Assembly: GCA_018672235.1 (NCBI GenBank)
Contig: JABHGE010000019.1
Span: 1 to 10,900, forward strand
Direction: 5' to 3'
Length of the DNA: 10,900 nt
Origin: Fidelibacterota bacterium
GTDB lineage: Bacteria > Fidelibacterota > Marinisomatia > Marinisomatales > Marinisomataceae
Part shown: piece after piece, positions 7,210 to 10,900 of the stretch
How positions within the stretch are numbered: the first letter of the stretch is position 1
Layout: every line of letters begins with the position of its first letter
Made by a program: the position numbers and the translations under genes
Notes under the pieces: generated by a model
The model's database searches: none
What the model was told of the DNA's origin: nothing
The model's input: the letters and a program-made list of their open reading frames with translations, nothing else

Positions 7210-7222
7210 AAATAGACTATAG
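7209..7222 (+). repeat. 14-bp direct repeat, copy 2 (at the YdhR-like stop, just before the terminator)
   Basis: AAAATAGACTATAG, identical to 5754-5767. Confidence 0.8.
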
Positions 7223-7223
7223 A

Positions 7224-7260
7224 AATAAAAAAGGCGGATATTTTATTCGCCTTTTTTATT
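7224..7260. terminator. Bidirectional rho-independent terminator between convergent genes
   Basis: AATAAAAAAGGCGGATA-TTT-TATTCGCCTTTTTTATT; A-tract before and T-tract after the GC stem. Confidence 0.88.
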
Positions 7261-7812
7261 TCAATCTACCAACTTCATAAGCTTTAATACTGTTAGGTAA
7301 TATATGATTGGAGCTACTAACCAAATTAATTGAGGTATCAGTGTCATATTATTGCCATTAATAGACACAAAAACAGGGTTATACCAGTTTTCTAAAAACA
7401 ACCATAACTTCCCATTACAATTCAAGTCAATCAGAAATTCAGAAATACTTCCCCATACAATCATAATTAAAAGTGCGTTAGCATTAAAAGTATATAGATA
7501 GCCATCATTCTTTAGGATTTTATTACATAAAAAAATACCTATTAAAAAAATGAGACTATCTAAAAAAGCATAATTGATATTACGTGCTAATGGAAGATCA
7601 ATAGGCCAATCTACTAAGATTAAATGAAATGATTCTCCGGCTAATGCAAAAGGAATTTCCCAGCTAAATCCAACACATACTCCTATGATAAATAATGCGA
7701 TAATTTTCTTTGAGACATATCCAAATTGATAAAGAAAAAATAATATAATAGGAGAGGATGATCCGACAATAAAAGCAGTCCACATCATTTGATTGGCAGT
7801 TAAAAAATTCAT
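7261..7812 (-). CDS. Hypothetical integral membrane protein (about 5 TM segments)
   Basis: Several hydrophobic segments; ATG directly abuts the arcC stop codon (TAG-ATG). Confidence 0.8.
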   Translation of the reverse strand: MNFLTANQMMWTAFIVGSSSPIILFFLYQFGYVSKKIIALFIIGVCVGFSWEIPFALAGESFHLILVDWPIDLPLARNINYAFLDSLIFLIGIFLCNKILKNDGYLYTFNANALLIMIVWGSISEFLIDLNCNGKLWLFLENWYNPVFVSINGNNMTLIPQLIWLVAPIIYYLTVLKLMKLVD

Positions 7813-8757
7813 CTATTCTTTGATAATAGTGGTTCCTGCTTTACCCTCAATTGCTTTCTGAATATTAGCAATATTAGTAATAATAGCTTTTTCACCGTGA
7901 TGTTTTAAAAAATGAATAGCAGATCGAATTTTAGGCCACATGCTTCCTTGTTGAAAATGCCCTTCTTCTTGAAGTTGTTTTGCTTCGGTATCTGTCATTT
8001 GATCAATTGGTGATTGGTCTGGTGTATTATAATTTTTATATACTTGATCAATATCTGTAATGATATAGTATTCTTGTGCGCGAATGACCCTACCTAATTT
8101 TGCCGCACTCAAATCTTTATCTACTACAGCATCAATACCTTTTAATTTACCTTCATCAGTGCTATAAACAGGAATCCCGCCGCCGCCAGCAGCAATAACA
8201 ATGGTCCCTGCTTCAACTAACGTTCGAATACTCAGTCCGTGCATAACAAACTCTGGATCTGGTGATGGAACCACCCTTCTCCATTGTCCAGGTTCTTGTT
8301 CTTTGATATCCCATCCCATATTTCTAGATAGCTCTTCAGCTTCTTCAAATGAATATCTTTTTCCAACAAATTTTGTTGGAGTTTCAAAACAAGGATCATC
8401 AGCATTCACAATAACTTGCGTAACCATTGTCACGACTTCTTTATCAATTTTTTCTTCACGCAATGCATTTTGAAAAGTTTGCTGAATCATATAACCCATA
8501 GTGCCTTGCGTTCCTGCTACGCAAACCCCTAATGGAATAGGAGGAACAATATCTCGAGTTAAATCCATGCGTAGTAGTTCATCTCCTACTTGTGGACCAT
8601 TCCCATGTGTAAGACATATATTATAATCACGACGGATAAATTCCATAATTTGATCAAAGGAATTACGCGTATTGTTGAATTGCTCTGACATAGTTCCTGC
8701 TTCTTTCTTTTGAGAAAGCGCATTTCCTCCTAGTGCAATGATGGCTGTCTTGTTCAC
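7813..8757 (-). CDS. arcC: Carbamate kinase
   Basis: IIALGGNAL, THGNGPQVG, GYMIQQ, PTKFVG, WRRVVPSP, AGGGGIPV, DAVVDKDL, GSMWPKI, GKAGT. Start reassigned to GTG at 8757 (314 aa), which removes the overlap with the helicase. Confidence 0.93.
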   Translation of the reverse strand: MNKTAIIALGGNALSQKKEAGTMSEQFNNTRNSFDQIMEFIRRDYNICLTHGNGPQVGDELLRMDLTRDIVPPIPLGVCVAGTQGTMGYMIQQTFQNALREEKIDKEVVTMVTQVIVNADDPCFETPTKFVGKRYSFEEAEELSRNMGWDIKEQEPGQWRRVVPSPDPEFVMHGLSIRTLVEAGTIVIAAGGGGIPVYSTDEGKLKGIDAVVDKDLSAAKLGRVIRAQEYYIITDIDQVYKNYNTPDQSPIDQMTDTEAKQLQEEGHFQQGSMWPKIRSAIHFLKHHGEKAIITNIANIQKAIEGKAGTTIIKE

Positions 8758-8788
8758 GATATAATATACAAAAAAATATAAATAACTA

Positions 8789-10012
8789 TTATCTACGTTT
8801 CTTTTTTTTTGATGTCGATTGTTTATTAAAGCGACGTTGCTTCTTACCGACCTTACCATTGCTTTTAACTATTGGGCTACTTGGTTCAAACCCATCTACT
8901 ATATGTTGGGCTAGAGTTTGTTTCAATAATTTTTGAATATCATCTAATAATTCAAATTGTTCACTACTTACAAATGATATTGCTTTACCTGATTCACCAG
9001 CTCTTCCTGTTCTGCCTATTCTGTGAACATAGTCTTTTGCTACAGTAGGGAGATCAAAATTAATTACCTGGTTCATATTTTTAATATCAATTCCACGCGC
9101 TGCTACATCTGTTGCAACTAATATCTTTACGCGATTCTTTTTAAAGTCATCTAATGCTCTTGTTCTATAATTTTGTGTTTTATTCCCATGAATAGCTACT
9201 GCTGTGATATGCGCTTGAATAAGTTTTTTAGTAAGTCTGTTAGCACCATGCTTTGTTCGTGTGAATACTAATGCCTGTTTCCATTTTTCTGTTTTGATAA
9301 GATGAATCAATAGCTCTGATTTTCTAGATGTATCTACAGGATGAATATAGTGTTCAATATTTTCAGCGGTTTCATTGTCTCTTGTTACTGAAATCTCTAA
9401 TGGGTTATAGGAAAACTTGTTTGCTAGCGCTCTAAAGGGATCAGAAAAGGTTGCTGTAAACATTAAATTTTGTCGTCTATCTGGTAATAGTCTCATAATT
9501 TTTTTGATATCATTAATAAAGCCCATATCTAACATCTGATCAGCTTCATCTAATACCAACACTTCTACTTTGCTAAAATCTATTGATTTTTGATTATATA
9601 AATCGAGCAATCTACCAGGAGTGGCGACTAAAATATCAACACCCTGTCTTAGTACTTTCTTTTGATTGCGAACAGAAGTTCCTCCGTAGATAGCTGTAGA
9701 TTTTAAATTAAGATTTCGTCCATAAGTAACAGCGCTTTCTCTTACTTGAGCTGCCAATTCTCTAGTAGGCGTTACAACTAATGCTCTTATTACATGCCCT
9801 TTAAATGTATGCTTAGGATTAGATAGCATATGTAAAATTGGTAATATAAAACTTGCTGTTTTTCCAGTACCAGTCTGCGCTGCAGCCATCACATCTCTTT
9901 TTTCAAGTATTGCAGGGATAGCTTTTGCTTGAATTGGAGAAGGCTCTTTATAGCCTTTTTGTTTTAGAGCTTTGAGAATAGGTTCATACAAACCAAGTTT
10001 ATCGAAAGACAT
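8789..10012 (-). CDS. rhlE: DEAD-box RNA helicase, RhlE-like
   Basis: Q motif GYKEPSPIQ, AQTGTGKT, PTRELA, TPGRLLD, DEAD, TAT, ARGID, HRIGRTGRAG; short basic tail. The rhlE subfamily call is less certain than the DEAD-box call. Confidence 0.9.
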   Translation of the reverse strand: MSFDKLGLYEPILKALKQKGYKEPSPIQAKAIPAILEKRDVMAAAQTGTGKTASFILPILHMLSNPKHTFKGHVIRALVVTPTRELAAQVRESAVTYGRNLNLKSTAIYGGTSVRNQKKVLRQGVDILVATPGRLLDLYNQKSIDFSKVEVLVLDEADQMLDMGFINDIKKIMRLLPDRRQNLMFTATFSDPFRALANKFSYNPLEISVTRDNETAENIEHYIHPVDTSRKSELLIHLIKTEKWKQALVFTRTKHGANRLTKKLIQAHITAVAIHGNKTQNYRTRALDDFKKNRVKILVATDVAARGIDIKNMNQVINFDLPTVAKDYVHRIGRTGRAGESGKAISFVSSEQFELLDDIQKLLKQTLAQHIVDGFEPSSPIVKSNGKVGKKQRRFNKQSTSKKKKRR

Positions 10013-10125
10013 ATAATTTTATTTTGTTATTACCATAGAAGAGGGAACTTACAACAAATTGGCTAGTATCCTACACTGTATATTCATGAGGGTTCATGGA
10101 TAGAAAAACTATAAAAAATTCTTAC

Positions 10126-10560
10126 TTAATGACCACGACTACTTCTGTATACACGTATACGATCATAGTATGCTGAAGAAGAATTACTGTGATTGGAGTT
10201 AATATCATTCATCATGGCAGCTTCGTTCAATGATCGCTGATTATCGCTTTCTATAAAATTACCACCACTATATAAATCTTTGACAGGAACACCGTCTAAA
10301 TAGTATAGTATTTCACCGCTTCTCCCCCCTCTAACACGTCCATTATCTACGCCCGATTGAAGGTTCACTATTTCTCCTACCTCTCTTGCAGCAAATATGC
10401 TAATTAACTCTGAATCGATGATACGAGTAGTGTTGGTAGCAATTAACCTAGTAGATGTGACAGGTATAGCTTTATCGGCTTGTATTACCTGATTATTGAA
10501 AGATCCAGCACAAGATATTATCATTGTTGAACACAGACCAATTAAAAACCCATTTTTCAT
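10126..10560 (-). CDS. Small predicted lipoprotein containing a partial TonB-dependent receptor plug domain
   Basis: Lipobox-like IISC at Cys17. IVNLQSGVDNGRVRGGRSGEILYYLDGVPVKDLYSG matches the plug motif (L.PGV...RG......DG.P). No barrel; 144 aa. Confidence 0.72.
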   Translation of the reverse strand: MKNGFLIGLCSTMIISCAGSFNNQVIQADKAIPVTSTRLIATNTTRIIDSELISIFAAREVGEIVNLQSGVDNGRVRGGRSGEILYYLDGVPVKDLYSGGNFIESDNQRSLNEAAMMNDINSNHSNSSSAYYDRIRVYRSSRGH

Positions 10561-10900
10561 TTATATCTCTACGCTAAAAATAGCTTTTAATGCATCCGAT
10601 CCACCAATAGGTACTCCATCAACAAAGATTTGAGGTATCGTTTTAGATACACCATATTTCGCAAGTGTTTCTCTTGGAATGTTGTTGTTTTCGATATCAA
10701 TTTCTACAAAAGGAATTCCTTTTTCATTTAACAGCGCTTTGGCAGATTGACAATATCCACACCAAGACGCACCAAAAAGAGTGACCCCCGCTCCTTCAAA
10801 ATCTGCTGGAGTAATCGTTTCTTTGGTGAATGAAGGGTTTTCATTATACACTAGGATTGCATCAGGAATATCAAACGTATTAGCAGCGTTATAGAAATAA
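10561..10900 (-). CDS. C-terminal glutaredoxin domain of a longer protein (5' end outside the window)
   Basis: WCGYC, TIPQIFVDG, IGGSD. The frame stays open upstream of the GTG at 10851 to the window edge (YFYNAANTFDIPDAILVYNENP...). Confidence 0.85.
   Translation of the reverse strand, partial: YFYNAANTFDIPDAILVYNENPSFTKETITPADFEGAGVTLFGASWCGYCQSAKALLNEKGIPFVEIDIENNNIPRETLAKYGVSKTIPQIFVDGVPIGGSDALKAIFSVEI

Noticed and set aside
8201..8473. 90-aa plus-strand ORF
   Set aside because: Antisense shadow of arcC.
8758..8859. 34-aa N-terminal extension of arcC in the ORF track
   Set aside because: Overlaps the helicase 3' end; family homology begins at GTG 8757.

Overview
AT-rich, tightly packed bacterial chromosomal window with several genes abutting at 0-6 bp. 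It may come from a marine FCB-related lineage such as Marinimicrobia, but this is inference only. Recognisable genes: hemolysin-III/PAQR membrane protein (partial), menG/ubiE, an exported HMA-domain protein paired with a predicted outer-membrane protein, an NPP-type phosphodiesterase lipoprotein, carbamate kinase, a RhlE-like DEAD-box helicase, and a protein ending in a glutaredoxin domain (partial). The most unusual content is: (i) two paralogous secreted ~277-aa proteins, each built from two internal repeats with invariant LTHxWxG and HxD motifs and each followed by a homologous terminator; (ii) a YdhR-like protein ending in a 10-Cys/6-Asp metallothionein-like tail; (iii) a 14-bp direct repeat that exactly brackets the paralog-2 + YdhR cassette; (iv) a small lipoprotein carrying only part of a TonB-receptor plug domain. 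No RNA genes, CRISPR array, transposase or integrase were seen.
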